64,000 bases of DNA from Acholeplasmataceae bacterium (lineage in GTDB: Bacteria; Bacillota_I; Bacilli_A; Acholeplasmatales; Acholeplasmataceae), in the NCBI GenBank assembly GCA_963667565.1, contig OY763415.1, positions 768,001-832,000 on the forward strand, given 5' to 3'. Below the pieces are notes generated by a model, which worked only from the letters and a program-made list of their open reading frames with translations, did no database searches and was not told where the DNA came from. Below, in pieces: positions 1 to 8,816 of the stretch. Positions within the stretch are counted from its first letter, which is position 1. Each line of letters opens with the position of its first letter. The position numbers were made by a program, and so were the translations under genes.

Positions 1-16
1 ATCTTCATAAGTACAC

Positions 17-724
17 CTACTCATTAATGGAAAAACTCATTTGCATTTTAATGCTTCCACCTGCGATGCTATCTGTTGTATCAGGATCTTCACCTTCAAT
101 CCACATAATGATTGAAAACTTTCTGATTTGCTGTGGAATAAATCTTGTGATGGTTTGTCTTGTGACTGTATAATCATCAAGGAATAATGATGTCTCTGGT
201 AAATCTACTTGATATTCTGGTAAGTTACCTAATTCATCTGCTTCATCTCTTTTTTGATAGATTGTTTGATTGCCATCATCTATAATTAAGACTCTAATCG
301 CTTGATCTAAGTCATTAATCACTTGAGTAATTCTAATACTATATGTGATGTCTACTGTTTCTAATCCATTATTTTCTAAGTAAAACGTATATGCCATATA
401 GTCAATATCTGGATCAATATAGTTTCCATCTGTTTCTTCAACTTGATCAATTTGAATCCAATTATATGTGATATCTTGTGCACCTTCAACTGGATTTGTC
501 ATAAGTCTAGAACTAGTCACATCAAATGATTTAGTTTCAGATAAGACAATACCTCGGTTAAATGCATCATAATCAACGCTCATCACGAAGTTTCCTGTAT
601 CTTGTCCATAGAATGTTACAACTAAGAAAACAACGCTTAAGAAGAGTGTGACTGCTAAGCCTAGTGTGTATATTCTTCTTTTCTTTTTGATTAAGTTGGC
701 TTGCATGACGGTAGATAGTCTCAT
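17..724 (-). CDS. Membrane-anchored extracytoplasmic protein of unknown function; first gene under the triple c-di-GMP riboswitch
   Basis: Start moved to ATG 724 (MRLSTV), which follows an AAGGGGT RBS; the listed ATG 760 lies inside a terminator. Basic KKKRR patch, one TM helix, then an acidic beta-rich domain ending WIEGEDPD. A further ATG at 8 runs off the window, suggesting an operon. Confidence 0.75.
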   Translation of the reverse strand: MRLSTVMQANLIKKKRRIYTLGLAVTLFLSVVFLVVTFYGQDTGNFVMSVDYDAFNRGIVLSETKSFDVTSSRLMTNPVEGAQDITYNWIQIDQVEETDGNYIDPDIDYMAYTFYLENNGLETVDITYSIRITQVINDLDQAIRVLIIDDGNQTIYQKRDEADELGNLPEYQVDLPETSLFLDDYTVTRQTITRFIPQQIRKFSIIMWIEGEDPDTTDSIAGGSIKMQMSFSINE

Positions 725-740
725 CAAATCACCCCTTAAA

Positions 741-779
741 AAATAAAAACCAGCTATCATCGAATAAAATGATAACTGG
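741..779 (-). terminator. Expression-platform terminator of riboswitch copy 3
   Basis: CCAGTTATCAT...ATGATAGCTGG followed by a U-run; the 5' arm overlaps the aptamer 3' end. Confidence 0.85.
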
Positions 780-845
780 CTACCTTTAACTAGGCCCTAT
801 AGCTTTGCGTCCTATGATTCCTCATAGTTTGCCTTTGACATACAC
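771..845 (-). ncRNA. c-di-GMP-I (GEMM) riboswitch aptamer, copy 3 (gene-proximal)
   Basis: Minus strand AAAGGCAAAC-TATGA-GGAA-TCATAG-GACGCAAAGCTATAGGGCCTA-GTTAAAGGTAGCCAGTTATC matches the GEMM-I core (GGCAAAC, GNRA loop, GACGCAAAGC, GGTAGC..GTT). Confidence 0.92.
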
Positions 846-860
846 TGATTAAATTATGAA

Positions 861-899
861 AAATAAAAAGCCAGCATCATCATATAAATGATAACTGGC
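861..899 (-). terminator. Expression-platform terminator of riboswitch copy 2
   Basis: AGCCAGTTATCAT...ATGATGCTGGCT followed by TTTTATTT. Confidence 0.82.
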
Positions 900-962
900 T
901 ACCTTTAACTAGGCCCTATAGCTTTGCGTCCTATGGTTCCCCATAGTTTGCCTTTAACATAT
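890..962 (-). ncRNA. c-di-GMP-I riboswitch aptamer, copy 2
   Basis: Same core as copy 3; the P2 tip CTATGG-GGAA-CCATAG has a compensatory G-C where copy 3 has A-U. Confidence 0.92.
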
Positions 963-987
963 GTATATATTTAGTTGATGAAGGTAC

Positions 988-1026
988 AAAAAAAGCCAGC
1001 ATCATCATAATTAATGACAACTGGCT
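988..1026 (-). terminator. Expression-platform terminator of riboswitch copy 1
   Basis: AGCCAGTTGTCATTA...TGATGATGCTGGCT followed by a U-run. Confidence 0.82.
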
Positions 1027-1088
1027 ACCTTTAACTAGGCCCTATAGCTTTGCGTCCTATGGTTCCCCATAGTTTGCCTTTTTACATT
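1016..1088 (-). ncRNA. c-di-GMP-I riboswitch aptamer, copy 1 (promoter-proximal)
   Basis: Core identical to copy 2; lies directly downstream of a consensus sigma70 promoter. Confidence 0.92.
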
Positions 1089-1097
1089 TGTATCTAT

Positions 1098-1126
1098 ATT
1101 TTATGACAAGTTTATCTAATTGTCAA
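1098..1126 (-). promoter_or_regulatory. Sigma70-type promoter driving the riboswitch leader
   Basis: TTGACA (1126-1121), 17-bp spacer, TAAAAT (1103-1098); start site falls just before aptamer 1. Confidence 0.8.
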
Positions 1127-1151
1127 CAACAAATGAAAACTTTTTTTAAAT

Positions 1152-2582
1152 TTAGGATAAAACATTGTGCCATGCTTCAGTTCCTAAGTAACCACGTAGT
1201 GATTCTGCAGAAATAGGTTTAGAAAAATAATAACCTTGTTGGATATCTATACCATAATGTATTGCTTTATCCATCATTTCTTTATTTTCTATCATTTCAC
1301 AAATGATTAAAGTATCATGTTGTTCAGCAAAATCAACAAGTAATTTAGCAAATTTAGATTTCATATAATCTTCATCTTCTTTTAAAAACTCATTGTCTAA
1401 TTTGATAATGTCAACTTGAAGATCTGTAACTTTTGATAATGTTTGATAATCTAGTCCAAAACCATCAATGGCAATTTCGAAACCCATTTGCTTAAGTGTC
1501 TTAAGATTCTTAAGTATAGTTTCTTGTTTTTCAAAGATTGCAAATTCAATAATTTCTAGAATAATATTGTTTGCTTGTGCTCTATATTTCTTAAGTACTT
1601 TTTGCATATCCATAGCAATAGAATCACTCATAAGTTGTTTAGGCCCAATATTCATTGAGAATTTGATTTTATCATTTGGAAAATATTGAGCAATTTCTTG
1701 TTGCGTTTTAATAATGGTTTCTAATCCCCATAATGTAATCCAATGAATATCACCTGATTGTTCCATAATACCTAAAAACTTAAATGGAGATAAAAGACCA
1801 TGTTCTGGATGATTCCATCTAATAAGTGATTCGACACCATAGATTTGTTTTGTAACTACATTAATCATTGGATGATAGAACAATTGAAATTCTTTATGCG
1901 TAATCGCATGTTTAATTTGATAGTAATACTCAACGTGCTCTCCACCTTGTTCACTCATTTCTTCTGAGTAAATACGGATATTATTTCCACCATTTCTCTT
2001 AATAATATATGTTGCAAGTAACAATGAATTAATTAAATCCTTAATACTATGCCCGTGTGCGGGATAGAACGCGACAGCAATAGATGCAGTTGATTTAATA
2101 TCTGTATCACCAAATAATCTAATCGGTTTTTGAATCGCTTGTTTAATCTTATGTGCAAATGTAACAACTTCACTGCGATCATAATCATGATTGAAGAAAA
2201 TTAAGAATTCATCATTTTGATATCTCGCAATCTTAACACCTCTAGGTAATGCTCGTTCCATATTTTTAGCAATTTTATGAATAATACTTTCACTTTCTTC
2301 TTTACCGAATGCATTTATGAAGTCAGTAAATTTATCTAAATCGATATAAACTACGCTAAATTGGATATCTTTTCCTGTTTTAGTTAAGTATGAAGTAATT
2401 AAGTTGTTCATCTCATTTTTAGAAAGTACACCTTCAATAGAGAGTGCCTTCTCATCTTTAATTTTTTTTCTTTCTTTAAAAAATGAAAATGCTAAGAAAT
2501 ATACAACAACAATAATTAAAGCGATTAAAAGAAACGTTAAAATGATTGCTGATGCATCATTTAAGTATATTGGAAACATCAT
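1152..2582 (-). CDS. Membrane-anchored GGDEF-EAL protein with degenerate motifs
   Basis: One TM helix; DLDKF..IN with YQNDEF replacing GGDEF; EAL domain shows ESL, DGFG and EMIE variants. Confidence 0.85.
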   Translation of the reverse strand: MMFPIYLNDASAIILTFLLIALIIVVVYFLAFSFFKERKKIKDEKALSIEGVLSKNEMNNLITSYLTKTGKDIQFSVVYIDLDKFTDFINAFGKEESESIIHKIAKNMERALPRGVKIARYQNDEFLIFFNHDYDRSEVVTFAHKIKQAIQKPIRLFGDTDIKSTASIAVAFYPAHGHSIKDLINSLLLATYIIKRNGGNNIRIYSEEMSEQGGEHVEYYYQIKHAITHKEFQLFYHPMINVVTKQIYGVESLIRWNHPEHGLLSPFKFLGIMEQSGDIHWITLWGLETIIKTQQEIAQYFPNDKIKFSMNIGPKQLMSDSIAMDMQKVLKKYRAQANNIILEIIEFAIFEKQETILKNLKTLKQMGFEIAIDGFGLDYQTLSKVTDLQVDIIKLDNEFLKEDEDYMKSKFAKLLVDFAEQHDTLIICEMIENKEMMDKAIHYGIDIQQGYYFSKPISAESLRGYLGTEAWHNVLS

Positions 2583-5158
2583 TTTCTTCTAACCTCCTTT
2601 TTATTTTTTATCAAACTGACTGATTTTGTTTTTTCTAAGTTATAAGCTTTGATGAGTTGTATTGCTTGTTCTTTTGGTACCGGTGCTGAAATCATATACC
2701 CTTGAATGATGTCACATCCACCTTTATAAATAAGCTGATTTTGCTTTTGTGTTTCCACACCTTCAGCAATGACATCTAATCCGATATCTTTTGCTAAATT
2801 TGAGATCATATGAACTATGGCTCTTGAATGGGCATCTTCTTCAACACCATCAATAAATGTTTTATCAATTTTGATTGCATTGATTGGTAAATCTTTTAAA
2901 TATTGAAGTGATGAATATCCTGTACCAAAGTCATCAAGGTGTATATTAAATCCATACTTTCTTAAAATGTTTAGTTTTGCAATGACTAATTCAAATGAAT
3001 CAATTAAGAATGTTTCAGTAATTTCTAAACTAATAGCGCCTTTTTTAAGTTCATATTGTTCAAAAACACTAATAATTTCATTAACAAATCCCGCTTGGAG
3101 CATTTGTACGGGTGAAATATTTAAAGAAATTTCTACATTATAGTGCTCTAATTCCTTAGCTGCTAAAAACGTTTCATGAAGTGCGATTCTACCAATGTCG
3201 ATAATCATTGAATTTTGTTCTGCCATACGAATAAACTTAAGTGGTGACTCACTTGCATATCTTGGATTATTCCAACGAATCAGTGCCTCAAATCCAACAA
3301 TACGTTCTTCTTCATTGTTATATTGGGGCTGAAAAACCATTTTAAACTCTTGGTTTGTAATGGCTTTTGCTAAATCCATTTCCATTCTATTACTTCTTGA
3401 TGCCACAATACTTAATGAAACATCATATATAAAATAGTTTTTAGTTGTATTACTTTTAGCATGCTCTAATGCAAGGGTCATGTTTTCAATACATACTTGA
3501 GGATTCAGTATTTCATATTTTTCATTTTCCTTTAAGAAAATACCAAATTTCAAGTGAATATTAAGCAAGTTTCTATCTATGGTTAATGGTTGACTAAAAA
3601 TCTCATTTAATTTTTGCATCCATAAATGTACCCATTGGTAATTTTCGATATTTTCTAATAACACTACAAATAAGTCACCTTCTAGGTTAAATAACATTGA
3701 TGGATAACCTTCTAATGTTTCAAGAGCATAATCAGAAACAAGTCTCAAGAAGTGATCTGTGCTTTTTTTTCCTAAAAGCAAACTGATTTTGCTAAAATTA
3801 TCTATTTCAAAAGCAATCAGTGCATTCTTTTTATGGATGCGTTCTTCATTTTTAAATAAATCATCTAAGACCTGCATAAGTGAATTCTTATTAGGTAATT
3901 GAGTGATATTATTCATAAGTGCGAGTGTTTTATACTCATCAAACTTACCTTCTGATTGAGAAACATCATCTCCAACCAAAATAAATCCACCTTGTGCTCT
4001 TGTTGGAATAAACCTTATGTATTTTAGCTCTTCATCTTTTTGAAATAATGCTGTAAATGGTTTTTGACGATCAATATTTTCAGATAATGATGTAGAGATT
4101 TCTTCTTCTTTAATTCTAAAGTCACTGATATTGTCATAAATATCTTGATCACCTAAAAATTGTGAAAATGATCGATTGTATGATTTAATGTAACCATCTT
4201 TCTTAATTTTGACAATGAAAGGTTTCGTATAAAACAATTTAAGTCTTGCATCATGAATATCTTCAATTCGTTTTGAAAGAATTTTGTATATGAAAAGGGT
4301 TGCGATAGAATAGATGATGAATATGATAAAAAACATTGCCCATAGAACGCCAGTCAAATATGAAAGTGATAAACGTACAGATGTAGATGCATAACTAAAT
4401 GTGAAATACATACCACTCTCTGTAGTTTGTTGAATATGGATAGGTGCATAAGTCAAATAGTCATCACCTGTGAACGCTCTAGTTTCTAAAATACCTGATT
4501 GAAGTGAGTAAATCGCAGAAGTGAAATCGTTGATATATGATTGTTGATAACCCGCTTCTCTAAAGTAGTCATTAAAATATGGATATGTTTCATTTGATTG
4601 ACTTGAATAAAAAATTCTATTGTCAGTTGAAATGATAAAGTAGTTATCGATGAGTTCATTAGATTCAAAAAATCTTGACACAAAAATGTTAGCATCAAAA
4701 AAGCCAATATATTCGTTAACTTTAAACACAAAATATGTACCTCCAAAATCGGAAGTATTAAATGCATCATTGAAATCATAAATCGCAAATTGTTGATTAA
4801 AATCGACATTAAAAACTTGTGGTTGATATGTATAAGTTTCACCATTAATTGTGACATCTCTTCCATCAATAGTCCCAAGACCTAAAAGTGATTGATCAAG
4901 AACATCAAAATCAGAAGGATTAATATCTAAAATTGGGTCTGCTGTTTCAGTGATGATATCTGCAAATCTTTGATAGTCATAATTGACTTGCAAACTGAAA
5001 AGAGACGCAACATCTTCAGTTGATACGACAAGTTCTTTTTCTGCTTGTTTTAAGATGTAGTTATTTGAAATTTCGACATATGCAAAAAATATAACAGCCA
5101 TTAATAGCATGTAAGCTAATATGAGTGTGAGTGCATACTGCCATGTGTGTTTTCTCAT
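2579..5158 (-). CDS. Membrane sensor GGDEF-EAL protein, likely an active c-di-GMP phosphodiesterase
   Basis: Two TM helices around an extracellular domain; degenerate GGDEF (EGDLF); intact EAL, DDFGTGYSS, IKID, AEGVET and QGY motifs. Confidence 0.9.
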   Translation of the reverse strand: MRKHTWQYALTLILAYMLLMAVIFFAYVEISNNYILKQAEKELVVSTEDVASLFSLQVNYDYQRFADIITETADPILDINPSDFDVLDQSLLGLGTIDGRDVTINGETYTYQPQVFNVDFNQQFAIYDFNDAFNTSDFGGTYFVFKVNEYIGFFDANIFVSRFFESNELIDNYFIISTDNRIFYSSQSNETYPYFNDYFREAGYQQSYINDFTSAIYSLQSGILETRAFTGDDYLTYAPIHIQQTTESGMYFTFSYASTSVRLSLSYLTGVLWAMFFIIFIIYSIATLFIYKILSKRIEDIHDARLKLFYTKPFIVKIKKDGYIKSYNRSFSQFLGDQDIYDNISDFRIKEEEISTSLSENIDRQKPFTALFQKDEELKYIRFIPTRAQGGFILVGDDVSQSEGKFDEYKTLALMNNITQLPNKNSLMQVLDDLFKNEERIHKKNALIAFEIDNFSKISLLLGKKSTDHFLRLVSDYALETLEGYPSMLFNLEGDLFVVLLENIENYQWVHLWMQKLNEIFSQPLTIDRNLLNIHLKFGIFLKENEKYEILNPQVCIENMTLALEHAKSNTTKNYFIYDVSLSIVASRSNRMEMDLAKAITNQEFKMVFQPQYNNEEERIVGFEALIRWNNPRYASESPLKFIRMAEQNSMIIDIGRIALHETFLAAKELEHYNVEISLNISPVQMLQAGFVNEIISVFEQYELKKGAISLEITETFLIDSFELVIAKLNILRKYGFNIHLDDFGTGYSSLQYLKDLPINAIKIDKTFIDGVEEDAHSRAIVHMISNLAKDIGLDVIAEGVETQKQNQLIYKGGCDIIQGYMISAPVPKEQAIQLIKAYNLEKTKSVSLIKNKKEVRRK

Positions 5159-5289
5159 ATAAATATCCTTTTTCGTGTGCTCCTACGTTAATTCAAGTAT
5201 ATTATATAACAAATATTTTAAAAAAACATAGCATAAAACCATACCAAAAACACGTAAAAAAGGCGTAAAAAAAACTATATAATTATATA

Positions 5290-5766
5290 TTATATAGCTT
5301 GTTTTGGTGATTTGAAATTTTGTTCTAATTTTAAAAGTTTTTCTTTTAAGAAGATGTAGTTTTTTCCAGAATATCCAGTCAATTGCTTATTTTTACCAAT
5401 TACTCTATGACATGGAATCATAATGCCGATAGGGTTTGATTTACATGCTTGACCGACAGCTCTTACAGCTTTTGGATGGCCAATTTTGACTGCAATTTCC
5501 TGATAACTTCTGGTCTCACCATATGGAATTTTTAGTAGTTCATCAAGCACTTTTTTTTGAAATACTGTCTTATTTTCATATGAAAATGACAGTGGAAATT
5601 GACGCGTTTTTCCCTCGAAATAATCACTTAATAATTGATTAATTTTAGGGTCAAATTCCCCATTAAATTCTTCATCAAAAATAAATGATAATTGATAGAT
5701 AATTTCATTGTCATAAACGTATTTAATAGGCCCAAATCCACTTAGAAAATACCCTGTTTTTTTCAT
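5290..5766 (-). CDS. ogt: Methylated-DNA-protein-cysteine methyltransferase
   Basis: IPYGET-SY, AVRAVG and active-site PCHRV motifs. Confidence 0.95.
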   Translation of the reverse strand: MKKTGYFLSGFGPIKYVYDNEIIYQLSFIFDEEFNGEFDPKINQLLSDYFEGKTRQFPLSFSYENKTVFQKKVLDELLKIPYGETRSYQEIAVKIGHPKAVRAVGQACKSNPIGIMIPCHRVIGKNKQLTGYSGKNYIFLKEKLLKLEQNFKSPKQAI

Positions 5767-6311
5767 TGTTTTTCCTCAAAATTCATCTTTATAAAATACT
5801 GCATTGCAATCAGTGTTTTGACATCATGAATTTTGATGTCTTCGATGAGTTTTTTTACTTCATCTTGAGTGTAGAATTCAACATCGATAAACTCATCTTC
5901 ATCCATGGCTTTTGGGTTTACTATTTTGACTATATTTTTTGCTAAATATAAGTCAATGACTTCATCGCTATAACCCACACAATGATAAAGTTGATATATG
6001 AGTTTTATGTCATCTGATGCATAACCTGTTTCTTCTTCTAGTTCTCTTTTAGCGCAAGATAAACCACTTTCATTGATATCATCTTTTTTACCTGCTGGTA
6101 TTTCTAGTGTATATCCTTTGATAGGATATCTATATTGTTTGATTAAACATATTTTATGATCTTGAGTTAATGCGATAACACATGCAGCACCTGGATGTTT
6201 AATGTAAATTCTTTTAGTCTTTTTTTGATTTTCAACGACGAGTACATCATCTTCATAAACATCGATAAAATTGCCTTTATGAATCAGATTTTCCTTGATT
6301 GTTTTTTCCAT
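5763..6311 (-). CDS. nudF: NUDIX hydrolase, ADP-ribose pyrophosphatase-like
   Basis: HPGA, QYRYP, Nudix box PAG..D..E....AKRELEEETG, DEDEFI. Confidence 0.85.
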   Translation of the reverse strand: MEKTIKENLIHKGNFIDVYEDDVLVVENQKKTKRIYIKHPGAACVIALTQDHKICLIKQYRYPIKGYTLEIPAGKKDDINESGLSCAKRELEEETGYASDDIKLIYQLYHCVGYSDEVIDLYLAKNIVKIVNPKAMDEDEFIDVEFYTQDEVKKLIEDIKIHDVKTLIAMQYFIKMNFEEKQ

Positions 6312-6320
6312 TATATACTC

Positions 6321-7727
6321 CTATATCATGATTGGTTGATCATCTTTATCATGATTTTTTCTTTGCTTAATAATAGGTTTGAAATCTATTTGTTTATATA
6401 AAATAAAACCTGGAATCATAATTAAGAAATTACTAATAAACATTGCAATCCAAATACCAAGATGCGCTAAACTTGTAAAATATCCAAATAATAAAATCAT
6501 TGGTATTCTTAGAATCCACAATCTTGTTACTGTGATAATGAAGGTGAATCTTGTATGACCTGTACCATTAAATAATCCTAGGAAAGTTTGAAATACAGCC
6601 ATTAATGGAATACCTAAAAGTAGATAAAACATATATTCATATGCTTGTTTATAAGCAATTGGATCATCATCTAAAAATACTAAAATCATTGGTCTTCTTA
6701 AAAACATAAAGATGGTTGCACCAACAATCATAATGATGACTGATAATGACATGGCTTTTTTGAAAGCTTCACGGGCTCTTTCAGGTTGATTATTTCCAAT
6801 ATTTTGTCCTATATATGTTGCAAGCACTGCACCAATTGCCATTACCGGTTGCAAAATAAGACTATTTATTCTGTTTCCAACGCTAAATGCAGCAACCGTT
6901 TGATCACCATATCCTACAATCATTGCATTCATAATAATAAATCCTATTGCTGTAAATGCTTGACCTAATGAAGCAGGAATCGCTCTCTCCGTAATCTCAT
7001 GGACAATTTCTCCATCAATTTGAAAATCACTTTTTGAAACTGTAATTCCACTTTTTGAGAAAAATAATACATATAGCATAAATGGTGTAATGATAACATT
7101 AGAAATCAAAGTCGCGTAAGCTGCTCCTGATACACCCATATTTAATACTGAAACAAAAACAGGTGTTAATATAATATTTAATAAAACCGTCGCTATTCCA
7201 AAATAAACCGCAGTTGTCGTGTCTCCAGATGACTGCCTAATCGATGTGAATGCAAAGAATAAAAAAACAAATGGAAGTTCGAAACTTCTAATCTTTAAAT
7301 AAAGAGAACTTTGCTCTAAAACGTAATCTTTCGTACCCATGAGTTGCATGATACTTGGTGATAAAAAATATGAAAATATATTCAAAAATATCCCTAGTAA
7401 AACTGAAATGATAAGTAAATTTCCTGCATATTTTTTTGCATCTGTAAGTTTGTTAGCCCCAATAAATTGACTCATTAAAGCCGTTCCTGCTGCACTTAAT
7501 CCTATGCCTAAAGAAATATAAGTGAAATTAACAGGAAATGTTAGAGAGATTGAACTGATAGCTTCTGTACTAAACTCTGGTATTTTACTAACAAAAAACA
7601 TATCAATGATATCATGGATAGTTTTTATAAAATTATTAAGCATGACAGGAAGTGCTAAAACAATCAACCCTTTGTAGATATTAGGATGATTTAGAATTAA
7701 ATCTTTCTTTTGCTGATCTTTTGTCAT
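6321..7727 (-). CDS. MATE family efflux transporter
   Basis: About 12 TM helices; LALP, IDMFFV and GQNIG motifs. Probable start MTKDQQ. Confidence 0.9.
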   Translation of the reverse strand: MTKDQQKKDLILNHPNIYKGLIVLALPVMLNNFIKTIHDIIDMFFVSKIPEFSTEAISSISLTFPVNFTYISLGIGLSAAGTALMSQFIGANKLTDAKKYAGNLLIISVLLGIFLNIFSYFLSPSIMQLMGTKDYVLEQSSLYLKIRSFELPFVFLFFAFTSIRQSSGDTTTAVYFGIATVLLNIILTPVFVSVLNMGVSGAAYATLISNVIITPFMLYVLFFSKSGITVSKSDFQIDGEIVHEITERAIPASLGQAFTAIGFIIMNAMIVGYGDQTVAAFSVGNRINSLILQPVMAIGAVLATYIGQNIGNNQPERAREAFKKAMSLSVIIMIVGATIFMFLRRPMILVFLDDDPIAYKQAYEYMFYLLLGIPLMAVFQTFLGLFNGTGHTRFTFIITVTRLWILRIPMILLFGYFTSLAHLGIWIAMFISNFLIMIPGFILYKQIDFKPIIKQRKNHDKDDQPIMI

Positions 7728-7777
7728 AATGTGTAATCTTCTCTTTCTAATTAGCACTATTATTATAACATGATAAT

Positions 7778-7800
7778 AAAAAAGTGAGACTTAGTCTCAC
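7778..7800 (-). terminator. Intrinsic terminator after the FMN reductase gene
   Basis: GTGAGAC-TAA-GTCTCAC hairpin followed by a U-run on the minus strand. Confidence 0.7.
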
Positions 7801-7807
7801 ATGATTT

Positions 7808-8356
7808 TTATGATCTTAATGGTTTTAAAGCTTGACTCCATTGAATCACTTGTTCAAATACAAGTTTTAGGTTTTCTTCATGGAGTGGTTGAGGCTTAAA
7901 TGTTACATAATTATCAAAATCATTAAATAAAGACATAAGCACTTGAGTTCTCACATCAGCAACCATGAGTTCGCCTAATACACCTCTTAAATGTTCTGCT
8001 GCTCTTGCTCCACCTGCTGATCCATATGAAACAATACCTGCTGCTTTATGATGCCATGCATCTCTTGCAGAATCTAATGCGTTTTTTAATGCACCACTCA
8101 TAGAATGGTTATATTCTGAAACAACAAAGATGAAACCATCTAGTGTTTGTAACTTTTCATTCCATTTTACTACTGCACTTTGGTCTTCTGTTGTTCCAAG
8201 CAAGGGTAAATTAAATGTCTTAATATCGATAATTTCAAACTCTACGTTTTTGACTCCCTTACTCTTATCTAGGACCCATTGACCAACTTGAGGGCTTACT
8301 CTTCCTTCTCTGGTACTTCCTAATATAATCCCTATTTTTAAATTGTTTGCGTCCAT
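7808..8356 (-). CDS. NADPH-dependent FMN reductase (flavodoxin-like)
   Basis: GSTREGR, EYNHS..GALKNALD and SYG..GG.RA motifs. Confidence 0.92.
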   Translation of the reverse strand: MDANNLKIGIILGSTREGRVSPQVGQWVLDKSKGVKNVEFEIIDIKTFNLPLLGTTEDQSAVVKWNEKLQTLDGFIFVVSEYNHSMSGALKNALDSARDAWHHKAAGIVSYGSAGGARAAEHLRGVLGELMVADVRTQVLMSLFNDFDNYVTFKPQPLHEENLKLVFEQVIQWSQALKPLRS

Positions 8357-8393
8357 TGCTTTCTCCTTTATATTACTTACTTTATGTTAGTAT

Positions 8394-8412
8394 TATACTT
8401 TTTGTAAGTATA
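8394..8412. promoter_or_regulatory. Palindromic operator candidate for the HxlR-family repressor
   Basis: TATACTT-N5-AAGTATA between the divergent reductase and regulator genes. Confidence 0.55.
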
Positions 8413-8475
8413 TTTTGTAAAGTCTTTTGCTTTTTAATTTTTTTTCTATATAATATGTGTATAGGAGTTGATAAG

Positions 8476-8781
8476 ATGGATCAAAAAGTATGTGTAAAAT
8501 TTGAATCAGCAAGTAAATTATTAAGTAGACGTTGGATTGGTCTTATCGTTAATCAATTATTAGATGGACCTAAACGCTTTAAAGATTTAGAATATGAGAT
8601 TAACATTTCAAGTAAAGTTTTAGCAGATAAACTAAAAGAGCTAGAAACTCACCAAATCATTGTTCGTCAAGTGCATCCTGAGACTCCAGTGAGAATTGAA
8701 TATGAACTTACGCAAATGGGTAAAGATTTAAAACCAGTGATGGATGCTATTACCGATTGGTCTCAAAAATACTATAAATAA
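8476..8781 (+). CDS. HxlR/DUF24 (YodB/HypR-like) winged-HTH regulator
   Basis: Start moved to ATG 8476 after an AGGAG RBS; N-terminal Cys, RF.DL and P.RIEYELT..G motifs. Confidence 0.9.
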   Translation: MDQKVCVKFESASKLLSRRWIGLIVNQLLDGPKRFKDLEYEINISSKVLADKLKELETHQIIVRQVHPETPVRIEYELTQMGKDLKPVMDAITDWSQKYYK

Positions 8782-8816
8782 AAAAGGATATCCGAAGTTG
8801 GATGATCCTTTTATTT

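Noticed and set aside
725..760. Longer N-terminus (MIAGFYFLRGDL) of the first ORF
   Set aside because: Lies inside the riboswitch terminator; the RBS supports ATG 724.
741..1088. Three ~90-bp repeats with short variable spacers as a CRISPR array
   Set aside because: Repeats are too long, match the GEMM-I aptamer plus terminator, and no cas genes are present.
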